Source of the DNA: Vicugna vicugna
Lineage: Eukaryota
Assembly (NCBI GenBank): GCA_013265495.1
Contig: MU058650.1
Location: 399,394-463,393 of the forward strand
DNA: 64,000 nt
Direction: 5' to 3'
Shown here: piece by piece, positions 51,735 to 64,000 of the stretch
How the letters are laid out: every line of letters starts with the position of its first letter
How positions within the stretch are numbered: position 1 is the first letter of the stretch
Notes under the pieces: model-generated
The model's input: the letters and a program-made list of their open reading frames with translations, nothing else
The model's database searches: none
What the model was told of the DNA's origin: nothing
Position numbers and translations under genes: made by a program

Positions 51735-53210
51735 CCGGTAAGCATAATATTAAGGGGAGTGAGCTCAAAAATAGAGTGGAGATGACGGGGACAGAATCAG
51801 TGAGGACAGTTAAAGAAAGTTTACTTAATCTGAACAAAGAAGATATTCTGAAAAAAATAAAGTTTTAGGGACCTATAGGACAACTACAAAAAAATCCGAC
51901 ATTCATATCATGGGAGTCCTAGAAGTATTTGAAGAAACAATAACTGAAAATGTCTGAAATTTGATTGAAGACATAAACACACAGAATCAACAGTCTATGT
52001 AAATCTCTAGTAGGATAAACCCAAAGAAATTCACTTTAAGAAACATCATAATTAAATTTCTGAAAACTGAATTCAAAGAAAACATCTTGAAAGGATCCAG
52101 AGAAGATGTTACTCACAGGGAACACTAATTCTAATGGCAGTTGATTTCTCATCTGAAACTATGGAAATCAGAAGAAAGGAGAATTTTTTTCAAATATTGA
52201 AAGAAAAGAAGTGTCAGCTATGAATTCTATGTCTGGGGAAGCTATTCTTTAAGAATGAAGGGGAAATTAAAGATATCTGCAGATGAAGGAAAATTAATAG
52301 TGATTGTCCTAACAGAATAGCTAAAGAAAGATCATCAAACAGAAAGAAAATAAGAGAAATAATACTCTAAGGGGCATCAGGAAGGAAAAGAGAACACAAA
52401 GACCAAAAATACTGGGGCATACAATAGATCATCCTCTCCTCATGAGTTGACTATATTATATGTGATAATTGAAACAAAAATTGTAACACCATTTGATACT
52501 CATCACAAGTGTTTCTCCTTATAAGAGGAAAGCAGATGGAGATTACACACACACACACACACAGACACACACAGGAAGAAATGTGAAAATAGAGACAGAG
52601 ACTGGAGTGATGCAGTCACCAGCCAAGAAATACCAAGGCATGCCAGGAGCCACCAGAAGCTAGAAGAGTTACGGAATCTATTTTCCCCTAGATTCTCTGG
52701 AGTGAGCAAGGAGCTATCCACACTTCGATTTCAGATTCTGACTTTCAGGGCTGTGAAAGAATAAATTTCTGTTGCCTTATACTACCAAGTTTGCGGTAAT
52801 TTGTTACAGAAGCCACAGGAAACTAATACAGATCAAAACAACGAAATCAACAAATAGGAGCCAGTTGACAGATACAGGATGGTCCACCTAACAACAGAAT
52901 ACACATTCTTCAAAGACCCCACAGAACATACATTAAGATAGACCATATCCTGGGTCACACACAAACACACACACAAAATCTCCACATTTTTAAAATCAAA
53001 ATTATATGGCTATGTTCTCTGACTACATGGAATAAAACTAGAAATAAAGAACCATAAGACATATGTACAATAGTCAAAACTAGAAACAATCCCAATGTAT
53101 TTCAACCAAATATGAGTTACTATTCAGCAAAATAAAGAAATATTCTATTGATACAGGCAAAATATTAGATGAATTTGTAAAGAATTATGCTGAGTGAAAA
53201 ACTACTCAGT
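51735..53210 (+). mobile_element. Old L1 ORF1/endonuclease relic interrupted by an MLT1 LTR
   Basis: ORF1-like GATTTCTCATCTGAAACTATGGAAATCAGAAG and EN-like ACAACAGAATACACATTCTTC...AAGATAGACCATATCCTGGG. Confidence 0.65.
52505..52830 (+). mobile_element. MLT1C/D-like MaLR LTR with (CA)n
   Basis: GCCAAGAAATACCAAGG...CCACCAGAAGCTAGAAGAG...GAATAAATTTCTGTTG...GGAAACTAATACA terminus. Confidence 0.8.
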
Positions 53211-54999
53211 AATAAAGAAAATGAGTTTTTGTTTTCCTTGCTTGCTTATTTATTTTTATCATTAAATTATTGTATTTTGATTCTTAGAATATAATTATCA
53301 AATAAATAAGGTGTTTAGCAACAATTTCTCCCAGAGGGCTACTGATCTTTTTAAATTTCAACCTACTATATGCCTTTATAGTAGCTACAAGTTAAAAACA
53401 TTTTTAAAATGTTTTCATTTTCTAACATGAACTCTTCATTAAATACTCTCATTTAAAGAAGACAATTTTAAGTTCTTAAGTACACTAAATATAATTTAAA
53501 AGAAATTAAAAGCATTTATTTATTTATTCATCTATTTCACAAATATTTATTATCTATGACCTGCCAGTACTATGCTAAGCACTTTCAATAAGCAGGAATT
53601 CAGGCAGAATATCTACTAAGTTGAACAGTAAATTCAGTAGCAAAGTGCGTACGTATCTAGAGGGATATTAACACCTCAGGCTAATTATGCTATTATTTAC
53701 TCTGCAGATTGAAATGTAGTCTTTGTTGAGATGAGATACAATAAAATTCACATTGTTTATTGATGACATCAAAACAAAACATAACCTTTCAGACACTTTA
53801 ATTTCTGTGCGTGCTTTATTTTCCCATATGTTAGTAATCTAGTTTCATTGCTGTTTTTTAAATCTCAGAAATGCATTCTAGAGATAGATTTGAATCCTGT
53901 TTTGATAGATAAGACAGTAAAGCGCATGACAAAGTTGATTTAATATTCCAAGATTAGATGCCACTTTTCTTGTTAAATCGCAGCAGGATTCATACAATAT
54001 TTAAAGGAAACAGGTTTATGCTTAGTAGTTGAAAAATATATCAGCAAATTTTCTGTCATTGTGCAAATTTTCTAATTGTGAAATGTTTATGTTTTACTTA
54101 GATACCTCGTTCATTTTGTATTTAACATTATGTGGGGAATATGAAACTGATATGCAGTTTTTAATACCTCACCTACATACACTATCTTTTTCCCAAAGGA
54201 TGCAAATTATTTCATTTTTTATCACAATCTCACGATCGGTAAATCACACACATTAAAGGAATAGCGTCTGGGATGCTTTGTCACCACACTGCCAATCACA
54301 CATACCATGGGGCATTTTGTTATATTTTAATATATCCAATTTATAAAATTACACTTCAAAAGCTATAATAAATTTTTGGAACTACCACTAAATATTCTGT
54401 AAAATCAGGAAATTCTACACTTTCTTCAAAGAAATACTACAAAAATGATTCTACACAAAGCATTAACATGTTGTTACATAAGGATGAGTGCAGCCTCCTC
54501 ATAGTAATAGAAAGCCATTTGGATGTGTCAAAAATATTGACATTTCTAGCTCAGCCAATTTAACATGAGAAAATTCTGAAAAGGTCTTAAAATCCAACAA
54601 ATTTCCAAATATCCAATTATATATTATGTAAGTGCTGTGTCTGGATTTACATTCTCCCATACCTAATCAGGGGGAGGGTGGGAGACTGAGAGTGGGTATT
54701 TGATATATTGCTTAGTAATAAAAATAGTGTTTTGCATTTTGACTGAATTGTGTCAAATATTAAAAAGAAATAACCAGAGTTTGTGCTTAGACTTAGGTTG
54801 GCAAAACCCGGTTATATACTAAGCATCCTGGCTGCTGGATAAGCAGAATTAAGGACACTAGAGTACACGAGAACCTTCTAATGGAATAATATGGTAGTTG
54901 CATATTCTCGGGCACATACCATGGCTAAAGAAAAATGAAGAGATGAGGAATCCAGTCTTCGTATAGTGGGTTGAAATTTTTATATAGAGGATTTTTCCC

Positions 55000-55140
55000 A
55001 TAGATCTTTCTATAATAATGGAAAATATGGTTAGTGTAACTGAAGAACTAAATTTTAAATTTTATTTGATTTCCATTAATTTAAATTAAAATGCATATAG
55101 CCACATGTGCCCACCAGATAATGTACCAGACAGCATAGCT
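55000..55140. mobile_element. MER3/MER33-like hAT MITE relic
   Basis: GTGTAACTGAAGAACTAAATTTTAAATTTTATTTG...TAGCCACATGTG...GACAGCATAG. Confidence 0.6.
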
Positions 55141-56239
55141 CTGAAGTAAAGTTTGTGGCTCCAATATTCAATCAATTCATCATTTTGTCTAGGTATTAGC
55201 TTTCATTTGTTTGTGGGTAAGAAATGAGTTAATATTTGGGTTACACAGATTTTTTTTTTCTTTTTAACAATGTTACACAGAAGGTTTAAGAAAATATGTG
55301 TAGGAACTTTACTCAGTACCAAGGGTACAGCTGAGCTTAAGAGGGCTGTGGTCTCTGCCCTGATGGAGCTTATATTCTAACAGAGGAGATATATATAGAT
55401 GTCTATATATATATTACATATTATTATTATATATTATAGATATAGCTATCTGTATATATTTTTTAAAAAGAATAGATAGGTTATGGAAGGCTGAGTGACC
55501 CTCTTGCTCCAAAACAAATAGATCCAGGTTTAAAAAAAAACATACTTTTGAGCCATCTCTTAAGATGTAGGAGAGGTTTTCGAGTACACGCCACATACAT
55601 GCACCAGAAAAAGGAACAACCGAATAAAAACAAAGCAAACTAATAAACAAAAAATGAAACCTTGATCTAGACCCCTGATGGAGCAGAGCGAAGCCAGCTT
55701 GTCCTGAGCGCCATGTGGAGAGAACGCTGCTATGGGGACTCTGAGACTTGAGACATGTGTAAGGACCGTCCTCAGAGAAGACTACACAGTCTTCAGTCAC
55801 TGGCATATGAAACTTCCCCAACTTAGGCTCTCAAGACTCCCAACACAATTAGCTCAAGCAATGGAGGAAAGCAAGCAATGAACACAAGATTTAGATCACA
55901 AAAAACTGTTAGTATTGCAATGTCAGGTTCAGAATATAGAGCAACTACATATTTACAAGTAAGGGTACAATTATAAAGAAAGACAAGCACCAAGAGACGA
56001 TAAGAAAGGAGGAGACAGTTAAAAACTTGGAGTAGATCGTAACAGAAATAATAATGCTGTTTACCTCAAACACTGGCAATGAAATAAATACACACAGGCT
56101 GGTAGAGTGTGTTGAGTGCAATTCTAGCACAAATTAGCCGTAACTAAATTCCTCTGTGGATTCTGAACCACCTCAAATCTCCTGACTCAGAACCCTCTGT
56201 GGTTGGGCTCAGAACTTCATTTTTTTATAAGGACGACAT

Positions 56240-56562
56240 ACGATTTTGAAAATCGGCTAGACTCGGTAACTTTTGTCTCAAATACCACCTTGTCCAATCT
56301 ACTCATCTCGTAAGTGTAAATGAGACAAGGAGGCCTGGGGAGGAAAGACAAATTGTAGGGGATCACAAGGCAGGTTGGTAAAGGGCAAGGACTTGAGACA
56401 GATTTCTTGACATACACAGCTACATCGTGGATGGTTCATTGTCAGAAAGCGTATTTTGAGTAAAACAAAGAGTGAAATCTGAAGTTCAGTAATGGCTCAG
56501 GGCTAGGAGCAAATAATCTGTAAACAGATTAATCAAAGGTGGATCACAAAACTGTTTCAACA
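56240..56562 (-). mobile_element. Diverged ERV1 LTR fragment
   Basis: Minus strand starts TGTTGAAACAG and contains TACTCAAAATACG, TGATCCCCTACAA and GGTATTTGAGACAAAAG LTR-like blocks. Confidence 0.5.
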
Positions 56563-56806
56563 AACCTATAGACAGTTTTGTTTTAACAACTTTATAAATG
56601 ACTTTCTCTCATATTTGTGGAAACATTAAAGATGTCCGAGGGCCCCTTATGTGTTTTCATTGGCACACTACTGAATTTCATGAGAGGAATTCTGCTTATT
56701 TTGTATCCAATTTGGGGATTTGAGATTTGGGGCATAACCAAAAAATGTTTGTCAGAGTCTTCTTGATGAATTCTATTTGTGACCCAATAATACCTCTTTC
56801 AAAAAG

Positions 56807-56947
56807 TTTTATTTATTTTTTTAAATTTTTGGTGGGGAGGCAATTAGGTCTGTTTGATTGTTTGTTTGTTTTTTATAGTGGAGGCACCGGGGATTGAACC
56901 TTGCACATGCTAAGCATGCATTCTACTGCTGAGCTACCCCCTCCTCC
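56807..56947 (-). mobile_element. Vic-1-type SINE
   Basis: Reverse complement GGGGTAGCTCAGCAGTAGAATGCATGCTTAGCATGTGCAAGGTTCAATCCCCGGTGCCTCC...CCTAATTGCCTCCCC. Confidence 0.82.
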
Positions 56948-57204
56948 CACCTGGTAATATCTTAATAATCCCTTAGACTTATACAGAATGTGGACTTTTT
57001 TAACTGTTTCCACAGACCCTGCTGCATTTGTCTCCCTGACGTTGTAAAGTGCACCCAGTCAAGGTTACTGTAATTGAGGAAGCTAAGACCAGGGAGGGTT
57101 GAGTGAGTTTGCCAGAAATCCCACAGTTAAGTTAGGGAGCCTTGAACTGCCTGACCCAGTGTTCTTTCCACACTTAGTTTGGTGAGATAAAAGGAAGGAG
57201 AGCT

Positions 57205-57440
57205 TTGAACCTAAAAATGATCTGAATTTAAAACCCAGTTTCACTATTTGCTGGCTAAGTAACCATATGGTTATACATGTGGCAGATGACACGGTTTCTC
57301 AGGGTTCTAACAATGCCATCTCTAATATCTGAATAAACACAATTTTAATAGAACAACATTAGAATAAAGTTTAAATGAGATAACACATATTAAAAGTCTA
57401 GCCTAGTACACACATAAGCATTCACTCAATAATTACTATC
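57205..57440 (+). mobile_element. MIR SINE
   Basis: Head GAGCTTTGAACCTAA...TGAATTTAAAACCCAG and tail TTAAATGAGATAACACATATTAAAAG...CACTCAATAA. Confidence 0.55.
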
Positions 57441-58159
57441 AATGATTATTGTTATTGTTATTAAGCATTATGACAAAGATAATGATGATTTAACTGATGC
57501 CAGAGATTATTACAAATATAAAATTATAATAAGTAATTATGTTGAAGAAATAATAATGATAATACATTTTATTAAGTTGTATTAAATAGGCATGTTGTAT
57601 TTATTATTTTCAGCAACTGAAAAGCTAGAATCAAGTTAAATGTGTATAAATGGATTTCTACTTCAATGACTTATGTTCTGTCAGTTAAGAAAAAAAAGTT
57701 TCACAAACCATACAAACTGGTATAGTAATTAAAATGTCGTGATGAAGGTTGACTGCACTGGCAAAATGTCTCAGACACACATCAACAGAATCTGTCTTTG
57801 TAAACATCCCCCTGATCATGAACAATGTGTGAGAATTCCTTGTCAGGAAAACAGATTTCAACTGAAGAAATATGCCTTGGAGGCTGTCTATGATAGTGAC
57901 AAGCATAGAAATTATTGGAATACAGCAAAGGAAGTATTCCAAGATGAGTGAAGGAAAGGTCAAAACCCCGGAGAGAAAGAAGAGCGCAGTGCATTTGGGT
58001 CCAGTATGATTATAGTAAGAAGGTCCGGTATGATTACAAAAGAGAGGAAACGGGGAATCATTAGGTCTAATCAGATTAAGGCCGTGCAACTGAGTTACGA
58101 TCGCTGGAATGTGAACCTAGCCCTTGTGATTCTCCAGTCCTCTTTCTATTCTTTCCTCT

Positions 58160-58360
58160 GCAGCTATGGAGCCCCCATGTCAACGATGGTGAAATCAGAA
58201 GGAGGAGCCTGGGTTCCAAAGTCTCCTCTGCAACAGGGCTGCCCACAGGACACCTAACCTGCCCCAGGTCTGTGATGCGAGCAGAAATAAATTTTTATAC
58301 AGTTAATGGACTTGGATTTGAAGATTATTAAAGCAGCTGGCACTACTAACCTTGACTAAC
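58160..58360 (+). mobile_element. Old MLT1 (MLT1J-like) LTR 3' part
   Basis: GGAGCCTGGGTTCC...GAGCAGAAATAAATTTTTAT...CCTTGACTAA. Confidence 0.5.
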
Positions 58361-58796
58361 TAGCCAGATTATGGTAAAAGATCACTTTTGGCCATCTCCA
58401 TCACACACTTACAATGTGGTCTAGGAGTACGTCTACTCCATGCTAGGACCTCGGTGAAGAGAATCCAGCATGATTCTTTCCTATCCAGCTTGGTTATATT
58501 CTAATTAAAATAATTCCCATTTAAAGTTCTATGCTATCAGTAAATTAAGGAGGAGTCCTAAGGTCAATACACAGCTCCATCTGTAAGTGTGAATCTAAAG
58601 CTTTGCTTAAAGGACTGGTTGGTTTTATGCTGATGTAACATGAATCATCATGAATTACGATGTCATATCAATTTTCATGCCACTGAAACTAGATTACATG
58701 TGTATCCTGCATTCCAGGAAGAGGATGCCGAAGCCTTTCAAGTACACTATAAATAACTAAAATGGTTTCTTAGATATAAATGTTCACAAACAGTGT

Positions 58797-59357
58797 AGAA
58801 ATCAGCTACAATAAAGAAACTGCAAAAAAATACAAACACAGGGAGGCTAAACAACATGCTATTAAACAACAAATGGATCACTGAAGAAATCAAAGAGGAA
58901 ATTTAAAAAATGGCTAGAGACAAATGAAAACAAAAACACGGCAATCCAAAACTTGTGGGACACAGCAAAAGCAGTTCTAAGAGGGAAGTTTATAGCGATA
59001 CTAGCTAACTTCAGGAAACAAGAAAAATCTCAAATAAACAACCTAAAGAAAGTAGAGAATGAAGAACAAACAAAACCCAAAGTTAGTAGAAGGAAAGAAA
59101 TCAACATCAGAGCAGAAATAAACAAAATAGAGACTGAAAAAAAGAAAAAAAAATCACTGAAACTAAAAGCTGGTTCTTTGGAAAAATAAACAAAACTGAT
59201 AAACTTTTAACCAGACTCATCAAGAAAAACAGGGGGAGGACCCAAATCAATAAAATCAGAAATGAAAAAGAAAAGGTACAGCAGACACCAAAGAAATACG
59301 AAGAATCAGAAGAGGCTACTACAAACGACTATACCTCAATAAAACAGACAAACTAAA
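58797..59357 (+). mobile_element. L1 ORF2 fragment (post-endonuclease linker)
   Basis: [14 protein letters not shown]...[20 protein letters not shown]. Confidence 0.88.
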
Positions 59358-59990
59358 CTATACACCGTTTCCACCCATTTTTCTTCTGACTTCACTGAGT
59401 CCCTTTATGATCATTACCTTGAATTCTTTATTCTTCTGGGTTTTGTCTTGTTCCTTTATTAGATACCCCTTTGTGGCATCATTTTGCCTAATTCCCTCTG
59501 CTTGTTTGCATGCATAGGATGGTTCTGTCATGGTTAGAGAAGCAGCCTCATGCAGGGGATGTCCTGTGCAGCGCAGACGCACTCTCCCCGCTGCTCACCA
59601 GAGCTGTCCGATCTAGGAGGGCCCCCTATGTAGGCTGAGAACGCCCTTCTGCTGCGGTGGTCTGACTACCACGGGTTTGCTACCATAGGCAGGGCTGGTC
59701 CCTGGCTAAGCTGGCTGCCAGGCCTTGCCTTATATGGTGGCTTCTGGCCCCTGGTGGGCAGAGGCAGATCCTGGCACAGCTGGCTGCACAGCCCGGCAGT
59801 CCCAGGGGCAGGGGTGGGTCTTGACTGTACTGCATCTCCGCCCCTCCTACCCATCTTGTTGTGGTTCCCTCTTTATGTCTTAGCTGGGGAAAATCTTTTC
59901 TGCTAGCCTTCAGGTCATTCTCACAGATGGCTGCTTTGTAAACAGTTGTAATTTTCGTGTGCCTGTGGGAAGAGGCCTTTCTGCTTACCC
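59358..59990 (-). mobile_element. L1 5'UTR/ORF1-start fragment
   Basis: Antisense GC-rich L1 5'UTR similar to 41400-42600; relic IKEQDKT..KEFKVMIIK. Confidence 0.75.
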
Positions 59991-60029
59991 ATCAGGCATC
60001 TCCATGGTCTTCATTTCTAACAGTTTCTC

Positions 60030-61770
60030 TGAGATATTTATATATCATAAAATTCACCCATTTAAAATGTACAATTCATTCAACTTTACAATGAATTTCA
60101 CAGGTTGTATAATCATCACCTCAAATGAATTTTAGAACATTTCATCATTCTCCCCACATCCTCTATTCCTTAGCACTCAATCCTTATCCCTCACTCCTCT
60201 TCCTCCTCAGCCCTCGGCAACTAGTAATCAACTTCTGTCTCCAAAGACTTGCCTCTTCTGGCATTTCATATGAATGAAATCAAATACCATGTTTTGTACA
60301 AGGGTTTTATTATTTGAGCTCTTACATTTAGGTCCAAGATCCATTTTGAGATACTTTTTTTATATGGTGTGAGGTGGGGGTCCAAACTCAATCTTTTGCA
60401 TCTGTTCCAACACTATATGGACTATGTGTTCAAAAAAACTATTCTTTCCCTATTGTACTGGCATCTTTGTGAAAAATCAATTGACGATAAATGTAAGCAA
60501 TATTTCTGGACTCTCAGTTTTGTTTCATTGGTCTGTACGTCTATCCTTAAGCCAGAATCATACTGTCCTAATTATTGTAGCTTTGTAATAAGTATTTTGA
60601 ATCAGGAAGTGTGAGTCCTTCACATTTCAAGAGTGTTTTGGCTCTTTGGGTCCTTGGCACATTCATATGAATTTTAAGATCAACTTGTCTATGTCTCCAA
60701 AAAAAGCAGCTAAAATCTTGATAAGGATTGCCTTGGATCTGTAGATCACTCTGGGTAGTTATTGCCTTATAACAGTATTAAGTGTTGCAATCCACAAAGG
60801 TGGACGTCTTTCCATTATTGAGGTCTTTATTTTCTTTCAACAATGCTTTGTAGTTTTCTGTGTACAAGTCCTCCTCTCCATTGGTTACATTTTTTTTTCC
60901 TAAGTACTTTATTTTGGTGCTATTGTTAAGTGGAATTATTTCCCTCATTTCATTTTTGGATTGTTGACTGATGTGTAGAAATGCAACTGATTTTTGCATG
61001 GTGATCTTAGATCTTGCAACTTTGATAAAGTTGTTTATGAAAAATAACTTTTGTGGATTCCTTAGAATTCTTCCATATAGATTATCATATAATCTGAGGA
61101 AAGAGACAGTTACACTTCTTCTTTTCTAATTTAAATGGCTTTTGCCACCTTTTCCTTTGATAATTTCCCTGGTACAACTTCCAGTAAAATGTTGAACAAA
61201 AGCAAGAGCAGATATGTTTGTCTTGTTCCCGCAATCAAGGGGAAGCCTGGCACTCTTTCAGCATTAGTTATAATGTTAGCTGTTGGTTTTTGCAAGATTC
61301 CTTTTAGCAGACTGAGGAAGCTGCCTTTCAGTTGCTAGTTCACAGAATATGTTTATCATGAATGAATATTGGCTTGTCAAATGTTTTTTCTGTGTTTATA
61401 AAGACGATTATAAAGTTTTTGTCTTTAATTTCATTAATAGGATTATTACACTGATTTTCAAATATTAAACCACCTTGTACTCCTGGGATGAATTTTGTCT
61501 GGTCATGGTGGATAATAATTTTTATATGCTGCTGCATTCATGTACTAGTATTTTGTTAAGAATTGTGCATCTATATTCATAAGGAATATTGGTCTATGGT
61601 TTTATTTTCCTGTGTTGTCTTTATCTGGTTTTGGTATCAAGGTAATAATATCAGCCTCCGTAGAACATGTAATAAGTTATCCCTCCTCTTCCATTTTTCA
61701 GAATAGCTTGCAAGAGTTGATATTAATTCTTCTCTAAATATTTTGACAGACTCGTTCAGTGAAATCTGGG
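60030..61770 (-). mobile_element. L1MB-like ORF2 (RT) and 3' end, internally deleted
   Basis: QQHIKIIIHHDQTKFIPGVQG and QKSVAFLH...DLYTENYKALLKE; 3' end AAATTCACCCATTTAAAATGTACAATTCA. Confidence 0.85.
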
Positions 61771-62918
61771 CATTGCTTTGTTTCATGGTATTTTTATAAA
61801 ACTAATATGGCAACAGAAAGAACCACAGAAAAGACCTGTATTTTCTTGATTCTGCTACTAAGAAGATAAAAGACTTTTGAAATTCTCATTTTCCAAGTCT
61901 GTAATTTAGAGGTAAAACTGTCCATTCTGTCTATTTTCAAGGATTACTTTTGAAGCTTAAGTGGAAAGATGGGCATAAAAGCTTTCTGTAACCAGAGGTG
62001 CCATTCCACTTACCTTATTATGTTTAGAATATCTTGCGTCTACTACGGAAAATTCCATCTGCAGACAGTCGGAATTTCCATTAAGTATCTGAGAAGCAAG
62101 CCTGGCACTCTCATCTAGGTCCCTGGAGCAGGCATTCCAGCATCTGCAGTGTGCACTGTACTGAAATGAGTACCCGTGACAATGTGTTACCCAGTTCCTT
62201 TTTCTTCCCATTATTCTTGCTTCTAAACCACATACTGACAACAGTAGAAGTTAGAGCTCTGCCAGTTTCCCTACTTGCCAACTGAATTGTCTTTATGAGA
62301 AAACCAACCATCACTTGGATGTTCTTTTCACAGAAATTGAACTGGGAAGACTAAATCTCATGGTGCTTTTTCACTGTTAAGAAACAGTGTTAGGAAAACA
62401 AAGTCAATCTCCGAATAACTGGTGTGTTTCTCCTAAAATAGACTATTTTCTACCTAGAGAATTACCTCAATGAGCAACCTGTGTCTATCTATATGTCTAA
62501 ACCTAGTAGTAAGTGAATTAATGTATTTATTTCTCTAACCTTGAGAATAAAGTTAGCCCCCTATTTAGAAGTAACTACATAAAATCAGCCACCACTACTC
62601 ATATCCTACTCTCCTAACACCAACCAACCTCATCCTTTCCCTATGCCTTCCTCTAATGTAGGTCTCATTGTCTCATCCAAAGAGTTCACAGTTTTTGGAG
62701 AATGCATGCTTTAAGAAGAGAAAGAAAGAAAATAAAAACCATGACAGAAGGGTGAAACTCTGGTTGCTGAAGTCAAGATGAGCAATGCCAATCAACCTGA
62801 ATGGCATTGTGCCACAAAACTGCCTTTTCCTTTTATTGTCTATAACATTTAGCTCAATGTATTTCCTTGTCTACATCTTCAACAATTAGAGATTAGATTG
62901 AAGAAAATTAGAAATATC

Positions 62919-63252
62919 TTCTTTTTTTATTGAAGTATAGTCAGTTTATAATTTGTATGTCAATATCGGGTGTACAGCATAATATTTCTGCCACACAAAC
63001 ATACACATATTTGTTTTCATATTATTTTTCCTTATAGGTTACTACAAGATACTGAATATAGTTCCCTGTGCTGTACAGTATAAACTTGTTGTTTATCTAT
63101 TTTATATTCAGTACTTAGTATCTGCAAATCTCGAACTCCCAATGTATGCCTTCCCACCCTCTTCGCCTACTTGGTAACAATAAGCTTGTTTTCTATATCT
63201 GTGAGTCTGTCTTTTTTTTAGATTCCACATATAACTGATATCATACGGTATT
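62919..63252 (-). mobile_element. Short L1 3'-end insertion
   Basis: TTTTTTTATTGAAGTATAGTCAGTTTA...TTAGATTCCACAT; same type as 34252-34479. Confidence 0.85.
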
Positions 63253-63715
63253 TTAGATATCTCATCATAAAACACAAATAATTCTTGAAGGGTATGGCTA
63301 CCACTGACTCACATCTCAGATAAAAAATTATAAAATTAAATGGCTTTCCTTCTAAGATCTATCTGAATTCTATCATTTATGTTAAAGAAATGTATAATTT
63401 TATTTAGCAAGAAACAAAAAGTAGATTAAGGTGGTTTTAAATGAGAAGCAATCTGTAAAGTTGAAAAGATTTGGCAGAATACAATAGTCAAGGACTTAAG
63501 GTACAGTAATAGTAACAATTATCACACAGCATGTTCTAAGCACAATTCCAAGTGAGTTATTCCATTTAATCTTCTTGGCAATCCTATGAAATAGGTGTCA
63601 TTATTACCTTTATTTTATACATGAGAAAATTGAGGCTAGGAGGATAAAGAAACTTGTCTGAGGACATATCAATAAGAGGTAGAGCCAAAATTTAAACTCA
63701 GGTCTATCTGGCCCA

Positions 63716-63844
63716 GAGGGTATATAGCTCAGTGGTAGAGTGCATGCTTAGCATGCATGATGTCCTGGGTTAAATCCCCAGTACCTCCACTAAAATAAAT
63801 AGACAAATAAACCTTATTTACTCCCCCCCAGAACAAAACAAAAT
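63716..63844 (+). mobile_element. Vic-1-type SINE inserted into an antisense MIR (~63530-63890)
   Basis: GAGGGTATATAGCTCAGTGGTAGAGTGCATGCTTAGCATGCATGATGTCCTGGGTTAAATCCCCAGTACCTCC; imperfect 17-bp TSD AAACTCAGGTCTATCTG (63694-63710) / AAAATCAGGTATATTTG (63845-63861). Confidence 0.88.
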
Positions 63845-64000
63845 AAAATCAGGTATATTTGAACTTAGAATCAGAGTTTTAAACCTCTAGGATGCCTGGC
63901 CACCTAAAGGCTAAAGATCACAGCACAAGGACTTGCAAGGTAGGTAAAGATGAAGTGCTGGTAAGTGGGACCATTCCTCAAACAAGCTTCATTGACATCA

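Noticed and set aside
63716..63790. tRNA-Ala gene
   Set aside because: Continues into a SINE tail, has a TSD, a mutated B box (GGTTAAATCC) and several dispersed relatives; it is a SINE.
1..64000. CRISPR arrays, operons or prokaryotic/viral systems
   Set aside because: No regularly spaced repeats or gene-dense regions; the sequence is mammalian intron throughout.

Overview
Mammalian, AT-rich, repeat-dense intronic DNA, very probably from a camelid (five Vic-1-type tRNA-derived SINE copies or fragments). The whole window lies inside a soluble guanylate cyclase alpha-2 gene (GUCY1A2) on the minus strand. Two GT-AG coding exons are present: 48546-49031 (486 nt) and 16066-16209 (144 nt, missed by the ORF track), separated by a 32,336-nt intron. 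That intron holds a decayed TSPYL1/TSPYL6-like (NAP/SET family) retrocopy at ~21106-23798. Its 5' end (5'UTR and N-terminus) is inverted relative to its NAP domain and 3'UTR, and it has a candidate target-site duplication but no poly(A). The remainder is L1, L2, MIR, ERV1/MaLR LTR and hAT relics, several with readable TSDs, nesting or twin-priming inversions. Nearly all other ORFs in the track are repeat-derived or chance. I see no convincing new biological system. The best leads are the inverted retrocopy, a poly(A)-less ~200-bp captured fragment inside a MER5 element, a MER41-like LTR with an altered STAT motif and unusual LTR architectures. Family names come from recalled consensus features rather than a database search, and repeat boundaries without a TSD are approximate.
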